A stretch of DNA of 63,469 nt, counting the filler, from Acidimicrobiia bacterium (GTDB lineage Bacteria; Actinomycetota; Acidimicrobiia; Spongiisociales; SHLN01), in NCBI GenBank assembly GCA_041619515.1. It is 6 parts of 4 records of this genome, joined end to end, with 100 filler letters (N's around TTAATTAATTAA, not from the genome) between each part and the next. Parts side by side here need not be neighbours in the genome. Positions count along the whole stretch, not along the records: positions 37,713 to 56,406 come from JBFKDW010000003.1; 5 more parts are not named here. The stretch is one strand, 5' to 3'. Below the pieces are notes generated by a model that saw only the letters and a list, made by a program, of their open reading frames with translations, was not told where the DNA came from and searched no databases. The position numbers and the translations under genes were made by a program. Below, in pieces: positions 39,171 to 48,173 of this stretch (its first letter is position 1; every line of letters starts with the position of its first letter).

Positions 39171-39216
39171 CGACCACGCCACAGCTACCACAACGGACGT
39201 CTCGGATCATGCGGAT

Positions 39217-39234
39217 TTGTGATCTCATTCACAA
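39217..39234. promoter_or_regulatory. Rex- or Crp/Fnr-family operator
   Basis: TTGTGATCTCATTCACAA: perfect TGTGA-N6-TCACA; one mismatch to Rex TTGTGAA-N4-TTCACAA. Confidence 0.7.
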
Positions 39235-39369
39235 GGTCCGTCATGGCGGCTCCCCGGTGGGGGTTTGCCGACAGCTAAGGCAGGCCGTACCCAACTCACT
39301 AGGGGAGAAAGTCCCCTCCGGGTTGCCAGCCGGACTTAGGGGGGCGGTTCCGAGCCATTGGAGAGAACA

Positions 39370-40512
39370 ATGGCCGAGGCCAGATACCCTTCGCTCGTGA
39401 CTGCCCGAGAGAGCTCCTTGCCGGTGGATCGGACACTGCGCCAGATCATCGTGGGGTTCCGCTTCGTGGGAGCGGTGTGGATCTCGGTCATCGGCGCAGT
39501 TGCCATCACCGAATGGAAGGCATCCGCAGCCGTGGTGCTGGCCACGCTTGCCATCGCCTGGGGGTGGGCGGTCCTGACCGGCTTCTCACGCCGGAGCACC
39601 ATCCGCGGGTGGTCCTTCTTGCTGGCGGACCTGGCGGTCGGGTCGTGGACGGCGGTGGCTCCTGCCTTCACCAACCAGACCGAAGGCGGCACGTTCTCGG
39701 GTGGGTACCCGTTCTCCACCGTCCTCGTGTGGGCCTATGCCTTCGGCATCCCGGGGGGGATGATCTCGGGCACGATCGTGTCGTTCATCGCCCTCGCTCC
39801 CGGACAAAATCAGCTGACCACCGACCTCACGAGCGCCCTGATCTACGTGGCGGGCGGCGGCGTGGCCGGCTGGGGCTTCAACATGCTGCGACGCAGCGAA
39901 GAGCGGCGCATCGGGCTCGAGACGTTGCTGGCGACGGAACGGGGCGAGCGAATCCGTTCGGAGGAACGGGCCGAGGTGGCCGCCCACCTCCACGACTCGG
40001 TTCTCCAGACCCTGGCCCTCATCCAGCGACGAGCCGGTGATCCCGGCGAGGTTGGCTCGCTGGCCCGCCACCAGGAACGCGAGCTCCGGAACTGGCTGTA
40101 CGGGACGGCCGAGCTCGCCTCCGACACCCTGGCAGGTGCGCTCGAGGAAGTATGCGGCGAGGTCGAGGAACGACACCGGGTCGGGATCGAGCTGGTCACG
40201 GTCGGCGATGCGCCGCTGGACGACCAACTCAGGGCAGTGGTGGCGGCCACCCGGGAGGCAGTCACCAACGCCGCCAAGTTTGCGGGAGTCGACAGCCTCT
40301 CGGTGTACAGCGAGCTGACGGGCGGGGAGATCCAGGTCTACATTCGCGATCGCGGGGTCGGGTTCGATCCGGACGCAGTGCCGGAAGACCGCCAGGGCGT
40401 GCGCGAGTCCATCGTGGGGAGAATGCGCCGCCACGGTGGTGCTGCGATCATTCGGAGCGCCCCGGATGCGGGGACCGAGATTGAGCTGCGAGCGACGAGG
40501 GAGAGGATGTGA
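39370..40512 (+). CDS. Membrane sensor histidine kinase (HisKA_3 type)
   Basis: Multiple TMs, AAHLHDSVLQTL, EAVTNAAK, DRGVGF. Confidence 0.92.
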   Translation: MAEARYPSLVTARESSLPVDRTLRQIIVGFRFVGAVWISVIGAVAITEWKASAAVVLATLAIAWGWAVLTGFSRRSTIRGWSFLLADLAVGSWTAVAPAFTNQTEGGTFSGGYPFSTVLVWAYAFGIPGGMISGTIVSFIALAPGQNQLTTDLTSALIYVAGGGVAGWGFNMLRRSEERRIGLETLLATERGERIRSEERAEVAAHLHDSVLQTLALIQRRAGDPGEVGSLARHQERELRNWLYGTAELASDTLAGALEEVCGEVEERHRVGIELVTVGDAPLDDQLRAVVAATREAVTNAAKFAGVDSLSVYSELTGGEIQVYIRDRGVGFDPDAVPEDRQGVRESIVGRMRRHGGAAIIRSAPDAGTEIELRATRERM

Positions 40513-41153
40513 GCGAGCCGAAGATCAAGGTTTTTCTCGTCGACGACCACGACCTCTTTCGGGCTGGAGTCCGGAGCGAGATCGGCGACGCAGTTGACAT
40601 AGTCGGTGACGCAGACGAGGTGGACGCAGCCATAGAGCTGATCCAGGAGCGGCAGCCGGACGTGGTGCTGCTGGACGTGCACATGCCCGGCGGCGGTGGC
40701 CGGGCCGTGCTCGAAGCCCTCCACGAAGCGCACCCGCAGATCCGGTTCCTGGCGCTGTCGGTGTCGGACGCGCCGGAGGACGTGGTTGACATCGTCCACG
40801 CCGGCGCCCGCGGGTACGTCACCAAGTCGATTCATCGCGACGAGCTGATAGCCGCCATCCACCGGGTGGCGGGAGGCGACGCCGTCTTCTCGCCCAAGCT
40901 GGCAGGCTTTGTCCTCGACGCGTTTTCCGCTCTCGATCCGGCCGATGTCGACGCCGAGCTGGCCAGCTTGACGACCCGGGAACAGGAGGTGCTCAGGCAT
41001 ATCGCCCGCGGGTATACCTACAAGGAGGTGGCCGAGCAGCTGTTCATTTCGGTCAAGACGGTCGAGACCCATGTCTCGTCGGTGCTCCGCAAGCTGCAGC
41101 TGACCAACCGCCATGAGCTCGCCCGGTGGGCCGCCGAGCGCAAGCTCATCTGA
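40509..41153 (+). CDS. NarL/LuxR-family response regulator
   Basis: LVDDH, LLDVHMP, LTTREQEVL, SVKTVETH. Confidence 0.95.
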   Translation: MSEPKIKVFLVDDHDLFRAGVRSEIGDAVDIVGDADEVDAAIELIQERQPDVVLLDVHMPGGGGRAVLEALHEAHPQIRFLALSVSDAPEDVVDIVHAGARGYVTKSIHRDELIAAIHRVAGGDAVFSPKLAGFVLDAFSALDPADVDAELASLTTREQEVLRHIARGYTYKEVAEQLFISVKTVETHVSSVLRKLQLTNRHELARWAAERKLI

Positions 41154-41160
41154 TCCGCTG

Positions 41161-41721
41161 CTAGGCGAGCCAGTATCCGCCGTAGACCAGGAGCCAGAAG
41201 CCCGCCCACACCGCGATCATGGCTCGCTCCGGCACCCATCTGGCAAAGAACCAGCGAAGATAGGCGGCCATCGAGATGCTGACGAGAAACCGGACAAGGC
41301 GACCGGGGATCGTGAGCAGCATCAGCCCGGCCGCCCCGAGCCCGAGGTCGCCGGAGGCTGCTGCGTACAACTTGTAGGGGCGGCCCTGCCAGGGGCCTGC
41401 CAGGAGCGCCAGATTCCCGTGGGCGGCTACGTCCGACCGCACGGCTTGCACCATGGCGTGGTCGACGCCGGGAAGCGCCTCCATCGCGGCGAACGCCGAG
41501 GCGGGATGCAGCAGGGCCCAGCCGTAGACGAGTAAACCTCCGACCACCGCTCCGACCGTGGCCAGCAACGCCGGCCGGAGGGCGGGTCGAAACCCGAGAC
41601 GAACAGCCAGCAGCGTGAGGAAGACGTCGGGAATGACGAAGAACAGCACCGACTCGGCAAATCCCCACGCCAGGCCTATGCAGTCGGAGGGACCGAGCCG
41701 GGTCTCGAGAGACGTCCTCAC
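41161..41721 (-). CDS. YqaA/DedA-like membrane protein
   Basis: WGFAESVLFFVIPD, PYKLY, RLVRF; last gene of lipid operon. Confidence 0.7.
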   Translation of the reverse strand: MRTSLETRLGPSDCIGLAWGFAESVLFFVIPDVFLTLLAVRLGFRPALRPALLATVGAVVGGLLVYGWALLHPASAFAAMEALPGVDHAMVQAVRSDVAAHGNLALLAGPWQGRPYKLYAAASGDLGLGAAGLMLLTIPGRLVRFLVSISMAAYLRWFFARWVPERAMIAVWAGFWLLVYGGYWLA

Positions 41722-42353
41722 GCCGCCACCTCGAAGTCGCGTGCCAGGGCGAGCATCGCTGCTCGGAGCCTGCTGAGAAACTCAGGCACAGGCTCGCTGG
41801 GGCGAGGGAACAACGGCCGGCCCACGGTGGCTCGACAGGCGACCCGGTGTGGCAGGCGGGCACCTCTTGGCATCGCCCGCTCACAGCCGTCCAGCCACAC
41901 CGGAACGACCGGAACGTCGGGATGCCGCAGCGCCAGGCGAGCAACGCCGGTCTTGAAGTCGCCGAAGACCCCGGGGCGGCCGCGGGTCCCCTCCGGAAAC
42001 ACCAGCAGGACGGTGTCCTTTCCCAAGGCCTGCGAGGCAGCGGCCAGCGGGTCTTCGTCGGCCCCACGACGGTGAATGGGAACGATCCCGACAATCGTCT
42101 TGGAGAACCAGGCAAGCAGCCGATTGCGGAGGAAATAGTCGGCCGCAGCCATGGGCCGCACCCGGTGAATGGACTCGGTCGGGAAGGCCGCCATCAGCAC
42201 GGCGGTGTCGACGTGGCTGTTGTGGTTGGCAACGACGATGGCAGGGCCCGGCCGGTCCAACCGATCGCCGTCCGCACCTTCGAAGCGGAGGACCGCGCGC
42301 ACCAGCGGCCGCAACACGAACCGGTGGATGAAACGGCGGGCGGCCTGATGCAT
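41718..42353 (-). CDS. Lysophospholipid acyltransferase (PlsC family)
   Basis: NHNSHVD, AAADYF, FPEGTRG; start ATG 42353. Confidence 0.9.
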   Translation of the reverse strand: MHQAARRFIHRFVLRPLVRAVLRFEGADGDRLDRPGPAIVVANHNSHVDTAVLMAAFPTESIHRVRPMAAADYFLRNRLLAWFSKTIVGIVPIHRRGADEDPLAAASQALGKDTVLLVFPEGTRGRPGVFGDFKTGVARLALRHPDVPVVPVWLDGCERAMPRGARLPHRVACRATVGRPLFPRPSEPVPEFLSRLRAAMLALARDFEVAA

Positions 42354-42355
42354 CG

Positions 42356-43282
42356 CTAGCCCCCGAACACCCGGTAGAAGTGGAAGAACAGCGGGGCGGT
42401 GAATATGAGGCTGTCTATCCGATCGAGCACTCCCCCGTGGCCGGGAAGCAACGACCCGGTGTCCTTGACGCCGGCGTCGCGCTTGACGGCGGACATCGTG
42501 ATGTCGCCGACGAAGCCGGCGATCCCGAGGGCGAACCCGATGACCGCTCCGGTGACGTGGCCGAACGGTGTGAGAAACGGGGCGAGGCCGGCACTCAGCA
42601 TTGTCGTCGTCACCACTCCCCCCACCAGGCCCTCTACGGTCTTGCCCGGGCTGACGAGCGGAGCAACCGGGCGCCGCCCCACGGCTCTGCCCCACAAGAA
42701 CTGGGCGACATCGTTGGCCTGGGTGAGAACCACGAGAAACACGAGCAGCCCGGCCGCTCCGGCAGGGGCGGCGGCGGATTCGGGCAGGGCCAGCAGGAAC
42801 GCGGCATGACCGACGGCGAAGACGGTCAGGTAGATCCCGAGCAGGACGGTGCCTGTGGCTGCGGCAAAGCCTGCCGTTCGCCCTCGCACGGCGAGAGTGG
42901 CAGGGACCGCCAGCGTGGTGACGAGGGGAACGAGCATCACGTATTCGAGATGGGCGGTCGCAACCAACAGATACTGGGCGGCTAAGGCCGGGTACGCAAT
43001 CGAGCCCGCCACGCGGTTCTCGGCGTTCTCCATGCGCAAGAACTCAAAGACGGCCAGGCCGCTCACCACGGCGAATAGGGCAACCGACACCGCCGGGTCG
43101 AGGAGCAGCGCCCCGGTGAACACGATGGCCATCGCCCACCACGACCGTATCCGGAGGGTGACCTCTCGCAGGTCGAGCCGGGGACGGAGCCGACGCAGGG
43201 ACCAGTCGAGGGCGGTGGAAGCGGCGAGAACCGCGTAGATGCCGCCGAGTGCCCAGCGGAGGTTGAGCGTGAGTTCACCCAC
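42356..43282 (-). CDS. Phosphatidate cytidylyltransferase (YnbB-like)
   Basis: RIRSWW, NDVAQFLWG, SPGKTVEG, KRDAGVKD, PGHGGVLDRIDS. Confidence 0.92.
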   Translation of the reverse strand: MGELTLNLRWALGGIYAVLAASTALDWSLRRLRPRLDLREVTLRIRSWWAMAIVFTGALLLDPAVSVALFAVVSGLAVFEFLRMENAENRVAGSIAYPALAAQYLLVATAHLEYVMLVPLVTTLAVPATLAVRGRTAGFAAATGTVLLGIYLTVFAVGHAAFLLALPESAAAPAGAAGLLVFLVVLTQANDVAQFLWGRAVGRRPVAPLVSPGKTVEGLVGGVVTTTMLSAGLAPFLTPFGHVTGAVIGFALGIAGFVGDITMSAVKRDAGVKDTGSLLPGHGGVLDRIDSLIFTAPLFFHFYRVFGG

Positions 43283-43883
43283 CGGGCGCCTCCGCCACTC
43301 GTACCGTCGATCGATTGCGAATGGTGAGTGCGGCGAGCAGGGTCATCGCCACCAAGGCCAAAGTTGCCGGCCACGGCGGCCCGAGGGCGACGAGCACCGC
43401 CAGCACTCCGAAGCCGAGGGCCCGATCGGACTTCCCGAGCGGGCCGTCGTTGCGCCGTCCCGAATCGTCGGCAGCAGCCAGGGCGGCCACCTCGGCGATG
43501 AGGCCGAGCACCACGACGGCCACCACGAGCGGCGCCGCGTCCGGGACCAGGAGAGCGAACGGCAGGTAGGCAACGGCATCGGAGACAACATCGCCGAGTT
43601 CGTTCAGGACGACGCCACGGGGTGACACCATGGCGTACTCCCTGGCCAGCATGCCGTCCATGGCATTGAGCGCCATCCGGGCTAGGTAGAGGGGGGGCAC
43701 CGCCCACAGCCAGGCGGCCGCTCCCGCCCCGAGGCCGACGGCTGCGCCGGCCGCGGCGCTCACCCCCACCGCAGCCAATGTGAGATGGTTCGGGCAGACC
43801 CCGGCCCTCGCCGCCAACGCGACGAGGGGCCGGAGCCGGGCCTGGAACCAGGGCTTGATGCGATAGAGGGTTGCAGCCGTCAG
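43275..43883 (-). CDS. CDP-alcohol phosphatidyltransferase (YnbA-like); start uncertain
   Basis: TLYRIKPWFQ, PNHLT, RMALNAMDGMLARE, LNELGD, GKSDR. Confidence 0.85.
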   Translation of the reverse strand: MTAATLYRIKPWFQARLRPLVALAARAGVCPNHLTLAAVGVSAAAGAAVGLGAGAAAWLWAVPPLYLARMALNAMDGMLAREYAMVSPRGVVLNELGDVVSDAVAYLPFALLVPDAAPLVVAVVVLGLIAEVAALAAADDSGRRNDGPLGKSDRALGFGVLAVLVALGPPWPATLALVAMTLLAALTIRNRSTVRVAEAPGG

Positions 43884-44014
43884 AACCCCGATCGCATCAG
43901 GATGGCTATGGCGAGAACGTACAGCACTCCGAGGAGGGCGATCACCGAGGCGGCCGTGATCGCCACGCCCTTCAGAATTGTCTTGGCTCGGGTTGGCTTG
44001 GTTGCTTGCTGCAT
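43880..44014 (-). CDS. Small single-TM protein (44 aa), not in ORF track
   Basis: MQQATKPTRAKTILKGVAITAASVIALLGVLYVLAIAILMRSGF; SD GAAAGGA. Confidence 0.6.
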   Translation of the reverse strand: MQQATKPTRAKTILKGVAITAASVIALLGVLYVLAIAILMRSGF

Positions 44015-44056
44015 GACGATTCCTTTCTGGAAGTGGGTTGTGCATGGCTCCCGCTT

Positions 44057-44197
44057 CTATCCGAATTGGAAGCCAGAGAGGTCGAGGCTGAGGCCGTCGA
44101 GCCACGAGAGGAAGATGACGACCAGGGTGGCGAGCACCGCCACGGCGGCGAGTCCGGCGATGAGCAGTGCCTTGGCGATGTGAGCGAGCGTGGTCAT
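44057..44197 (-). CDS. Small single-TM protein (46 aa), not in ORF track
   Basis: MTTLAHIAKALLIAGLAAVAVLATLVVIFLSWLDGLSLDLSGFQFG; SD AGGAG. Confidence 0.6.
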   Translation of the reverse strand: MTTLAHIAKALLIAGLAAVAVLATLVVIFLSWLDGLSLDLSGFQFG

Positions 44198-44408
44198 GAG
44201 GGGGCTCCTGGGATCGGGACTGTTTCATGAGCACAGCATCGGGGACGAACCACTTCCCATCTATGGGGGAGCACCCTGAATGCCGGCGGGGGGACCCCTA
44301 GGGGTCTGGTGGACTTGCTGGGATCGGCCGGCGCGTTGCTGTGGAGTTGCGATGCGGTTGCTACCCGGGCAAAGCAGACGGAGACGGCATGGAGCCGGTG
44401 CAATTACA

Positions 44409-44436
44409 GAAGCGGGCCCCCAGCGAGGCCCGCTTC
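44409..44436 (-). terminator. Candidate terminator hairpin downstream of htrA-like gene
   Basis: GAAGCGGGCC-N8-GGCCCGCTTC perfect 10-bp stem; weak U tail. Confidence 0.45.
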
Positions 44437-44575
44437 CTGATAGCTCGCCCTACGAGCGAGATCTGCCTGTACATCTTATTCGAAGCGAAGTCGATTCGCC
44501 CACTCGCCGCCCACGGCGGCGGTCAGGAGGGACCCTGCAGGCTGCCCCGGGATGGCCCCCGGCCTCGGGTCTCCA

Positions 44576-45940
44576 TCAGTTGGTGCTGACCGCTCCCAGC
44601 ACCGCCGTGATGGTGATTTGCCGTCCGTCGCGCACCACCACAATCTCGATGGTGGTTCCCGGAGGGCGGGTGATCACTTCGGCCCTGAGGTCGCCGGAAT
44701 CGCGCACGGGATCGCCGTCGAGGCTGATAACCAGGTCGCCGACCTCGAGCCCGGCGTCCGCAGCTGCGGTGCCCTCGCTCACGGATTGGATGAGGGCCCC
44801 GGCGTCGCCGTCGGGAGACGCTCCGGCGCTGACGCCCAGCCGGGCGAGGGAGACCGGCTCACCGGCGACCAGCTGGTCGGCGACGATCTTCGCCAGGTCG
44901 ATGGATATTGCGAACCCGACGCCGGCGTTGTCACCGCTGTTGGTGAAGATCACGTCGTTGATGCCGATGACGTGTCCGTTCAGGTCGACCAGCGGGCCCC
45001 CGGAGTTGCCCGGGTTGATGGCAGCGTCGGTCTGCACCATGCTGATCCCGTTGGTTTCGAGGAGGCGGTCGACCGCGCTGATGATGCCGGACGTCACGGT
45101 CTGGTCGAGCCCAAACGGTGTACCGACGGCTACCGCCGTCTGGCCGACGCTGAGGTCGGCCCCCACCGCCAACACGGCGATCGCAGGAACGCTGTCGGGT
45201 TCGATGGACACCACGGCCACATCTGTCAGCTCGTCGGCCCCCACGACGGTGCCGTTGGTGCGTGAGCCGTCGGCGAATCGGACCGTCACGTTGCCCGCAT
45301 TCCCGATGACGTGGGCGGCGGTGAGAATGTATCCGGCTTCGTCATAGATGACGCCCGACCCGGTCCCGAAGCTGGTGTCGATCTGAACGACGGCAGGGGT
45401 GACGGCAGCAGCTGCCGCCGCCACCGGCTCGAGATTGCTGTTCCCCGGCGGCACCACCGCCTTCGGCGGCGGATCGATGGTGCCCACCAGCGAGGTGGTC
45501 GGGAGGGTGGTCTGTACCACCGCCACCGGCTCGTCGTCGGGGGCGGTGATCCGGCCGAGCCCGAAGGCCGAAACAGCAATGATGGCACCGAGCACCAGCC
45601 CCAGCAGGAGGCCCTTTCCCAGGCCGGTTCGCCGGCGGGCGGGCGCCGGAGCCGGGAGGCGGGCCGGCGGAGGCGCGGCGGGGGGAAGCAGAGTTCGGGC
45701 GGGCGGCTCCTGCGGATCCACAAAGGATCGGCCGACGACAGGCGGGGAATCTTCCGGCACCCAGGTCGAGGCCTGCGGAGCCTCGGGCGGAGTCTGATAG
45801 CCGGTCGGATCTGACGGGTACGAGATGGCCTCGCCGGCCGCCGCCTCAGGGATCGGGAGCGCGTCCTGGCGCAGCTCGACGGGCTCATCGGTGTAAGGCC
45901 ACCTCGGCGCCGGTGGCGTTGAGGGATTATCGGAGGTCAT
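44576..45940 (-). CDS. htrA: HtrA/DegP-family membrane serine protease with PDZ domain
   Basis: Pro-rich N-terminus, TM, TAAHV, TDVAV, QTDAAINPGNSGG, C-terminal PDZ. Confidence 0.93.
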   Translation of the reverse strand: MTSDNPSTPPAPRWPYTDEPVELRQDALPIPEAAAGEAISYPSDPTGYQTPPEAPQASTWVPEDSPPVVGRSFVDPQEPPARTLLPPAAPPPARLPAPAPARRRTGLGKGLLLGLVLGAIIAVSAFGLGRITAPDDEPVAVVQTTLPTTSLVGTIDPPPKAVVPPGNSNLEPVAAAAAAVTPAVVQIDTSFGTGSGVIYDEAGYILTAAHVIGNAGNVTVRFADGSRTNGTVVGADELTDVAVVSIEPDSVPAIAVLAVGADLSVGQTAVAVGTPFGLDQTVTSGIISAVDRLLETNGISMVQTDAAINPGNSGGPLVDLNGHVIGINDVIFTNSGDNAGVGFAISIDLAKIVADQLVAGEPVSLARLGVSAGASPDGDAGALIQSVSEGTAAADAGLEVGDLVISLDGDPVRDSGDLRAEVITRPPGTTIEIVVVRDGRQITITAVLGAVSTN

Positions 45941-46003
45941 GGGTGCCTTTCCGTCCAGTCCGTACACAGTGTTCGTAGCGAGTGATCACTATGTATGTAT
46001 GAA

Positions 46004-46020
46004 CTAAGAACGAGCTGAGA
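46004..46020 (-). promoter_or_regulatory. OmpR-family (MprA-like) direct-repeat box upstream of htrA
   Basis: Minus strand TCTCAG-ctcgt-TCTTAG (11-bp period). Confidence 0.6.
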
Positions 46021-46035
46021 AGCTTCCCGGTTCCC

Positions 46036-47439
46036 TCACGTGCGGATCGCAGGCAGCACCACCTCGACGGTGGTCCCGGCGGACTCGACCACCCGCACGA
46101 CACCGCCGTGCGACTGCGCAATGGCTCGCACGACCGCAAGCCCGAGGCCGGTCCCGCCCTCATGGCGGCCGCGCGACTCGTCGAGACGAACGAAACGCTC
46201 AAACACCCGCTCCCGTTCCTCCGGGGGAATGCCCGGCCCATCGTCGGCCACCCGGGCCACCACGCCGCGGGCGGATTCCAGGCATTCAAACCAAACCCGG
46301 GTGTTGCCGTATCGAGCGGCGTTCGAGCCCAGGTTCCAGAAGAGCCGTTCGAGGGCGGCGCCATCCCCCAGGACCCGGGCGGCCTGAATGCCCGAGGTGT
46401 CGACGGTGAGCTCAGGGAACGTCTCGGCCGTCCGCTTCGCCACGCGCCCGAGCACCTGGTCCAGGTTCACCTCGTTCGCTGCCGGTACGACCCCTCCCTC
46501 GTCGATGCGGGCCAGTGTGAGCAAGTCGTGTGTCAGCGTTTCGAGCCGCTCGTCCTCCCGTTTCAGGCCGGCCATCAGCTCGGCCCAATCCTCGAAGCCG
46601 GGATCGCCTTCGGCAACCTCCAGCATGGTCCGGATGGTGGCCAGCGGCGTTTTGAGCTCGTGAGAGGCATCGGAAACGAAGCGACGCTGGCGGACCGCCG
46701 CCGATTCGAGCCGTTCGAGCATGTGATTGAGGGTCTCCGCCAGGCGCCGGATCTCGTCCCGGGATTCCGGCACCGGCAACCGGCGCGAGAGCGCGGCAGA
46801 CGAAATGGCATCGGCTTGCTCTCGCATGGCGTCGACCGGACGCAGCGCCCAACCGGTGAGAACCCACACCGTTGCTCCGACCGCGACAAGTGCGATCGGA
46901 AACCCGATCCACAACAGGGGCCATAGTGCATTCACCGCCGCTTCCGCCGGCGAAAGGCTGGACGCCACCAGCACGACTCCCGGCCCGCTCGCCGATTCAT
47001 ACCCGCTGGCGATCACCACATACGGGCTCTCGTCCTCGATGAGGGGTGACCGGCGTTCGATCCTCTCGAACACCGACTCGGCCACCGCAATCTCCTCGGT
47101 CGTTCCCGGAGGGACGCGAGCGTCGGCGATGGGTGGGGCGCCTTCGAGTCCGGGGCTGGCGGCGATCACTCCTCCTTCGGCAACCACCTGGATGAGCTGG
47201 TTGGCCGACAGGGTCACGATCTCTCCGCCGAGAGCGTCGGCACCAGCGAGAGCGGCAACATCGAGTGCCCGGGTCAGGGTCGAGGACGCGATCGAATCTT
47301 CGATCCGGCTCTCGGTCAGCTCCGCCAGGCCGAGAAATCCTGGCAGGAGCACGCCACCCACCACGAGCACCGACACGAGTGTCGTGCGCGATCGGACCCC
47401 GGCAGCTTTCCAGGCCCGGCCCAGCATGCGTTCAGCCAC
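46036..47439 (-). CDS. HAMP-domain sensor histidine kinase
   Basis: Two TMs, HAMP, SDASHELKTP, NAARY, DDGPGI, GTGLGL. Confidence 0.95.
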   Translation of the reverse strand: MAERMLGRAWKAAGVRSRTTLVSVLVVGGVLLPGFLGLAELTESRIEDSIASSTLTRALDVAALAGADALGGEIVTLSANQLIQVVAEGGVIAASPGLEGAPPIADARVPPGTTEEIAVAESVFERIERRSPLIEDESPYVVIASGYESASGPGVVLVASSLSPAEAAVNALWPLLWIGFPIALVAVGATVWVLTGWALRPVDAMREQADAISSAALSRRLPVPESRDEIRRLAETLNHMLERLESAAVRQRRFVSDASHELKTPLATIRTMLEVAEGDPGFEDWAELMAGLKREDERLETLTHDLLTLARIDEGGVVPAANEVNLDQVLGRVAKRTAETFPELTVDTSGIQAARVLGDGAALERLFWNLGSNAARYGNTRVWFECLESARGVVARVADDGPGIPPEERERVFERFVRLDESRGRHEGGTGLGLAVVRAIAQSHGGVVRVVESAGTTVEVVLPAIRT

Positions 47440-48109
47440 CGCCGGCCACCAACCGGTACCCGGCGCCGCGCACCGTCTCGATGTGCTTGCGATCGAACGG
47501 AATGTCGATCTTCTTGCGCAGATAGCGGATGTAGACCTCGACGATATTTGGATCGCCGTCGTAGGCCCAGTCCCAGCATGATTCGAGGATCTCGAGTTTG
47601 GAAATCACGTCACCGGAGTGGCGCATGAGGAGCTCCATGATCGACATCTCCGTGGGAGTCAAGGCCACCGGCTCGCCCCCCACGGTGAACCGGCGTTTGG
47701 CAGGATCCAGCGTGAGGTCACCGACCGAGAGGATCGCAGGCCGGGCTCCGGCTCCCCGCCGGATCAATGCCCGCAGACGGGCAACCAGCACGACGAAAGC
47801 AAACGGTTTTGTCAGATAGTCGTCGGCGCCGGTATCGAGTGCCTCGGCTTCGTCGTACTCACCGTCCTTGGCGGTGAGCATGAGGATCGGCACCCAGTTT
47901 GACTGGGCCCGGAGCTCGGCGCATATCCGGTATCCGTTGAGCTTGGGCAGCATGATGTCGAGCACCACCGCGTCGTAGGTGCCGGTCGTGGCCAGGTGCA
48001 ATCCGAGCTCGCCGTCGGCCGCCACGTCGACCGTGAAGCCCTCCCGCTCGAGGCCCCGCTTCACATAGGCGGCCAGCTCGGTTTCGTCCTCAACCACCAG
48101 GATGCGCAC
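47432..48109 (-). CDS. OmpR/PhoB-family response regulator
   Basis: LVVEDE, LDIMLP, GADDYLTKPF, ETVRGAGY. Confidence 0.96.
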   Translation of the reverse strand: MRILVVEDETELAAYVKRGLEREGFTVDVAADGELGLHLATTGTYDAVVLDIMLPKLNGYRICAELRAQSNWVPILMLTAKDGEYDEAEALDTGADDYLTKPFAFVVLVARLRALIRRGAGARPAILSVGDLTLDPAKRRFTVGGEPVALTPTEMSIMELLMRHSGDVISKLEILESCWDWAYDGDPNIVEVYIRYLRKKIDIPFDRKHIETVRGAGYRLVAGGG

Positions 48110-48173
48110 CAGGACCGCTTTCTCTCACAGGTCTGTCGTGTTCATGCTTGCACCCGATCGGAACGGAGTGGAG

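Noticed and set aside
44360..44410. c-di-GMP-I riboswitch-like GGCAAA motif
   Set aside because: Lacks the paired stem, GNRA loop and GACGCAAA elements; no downstream gene on that strand.
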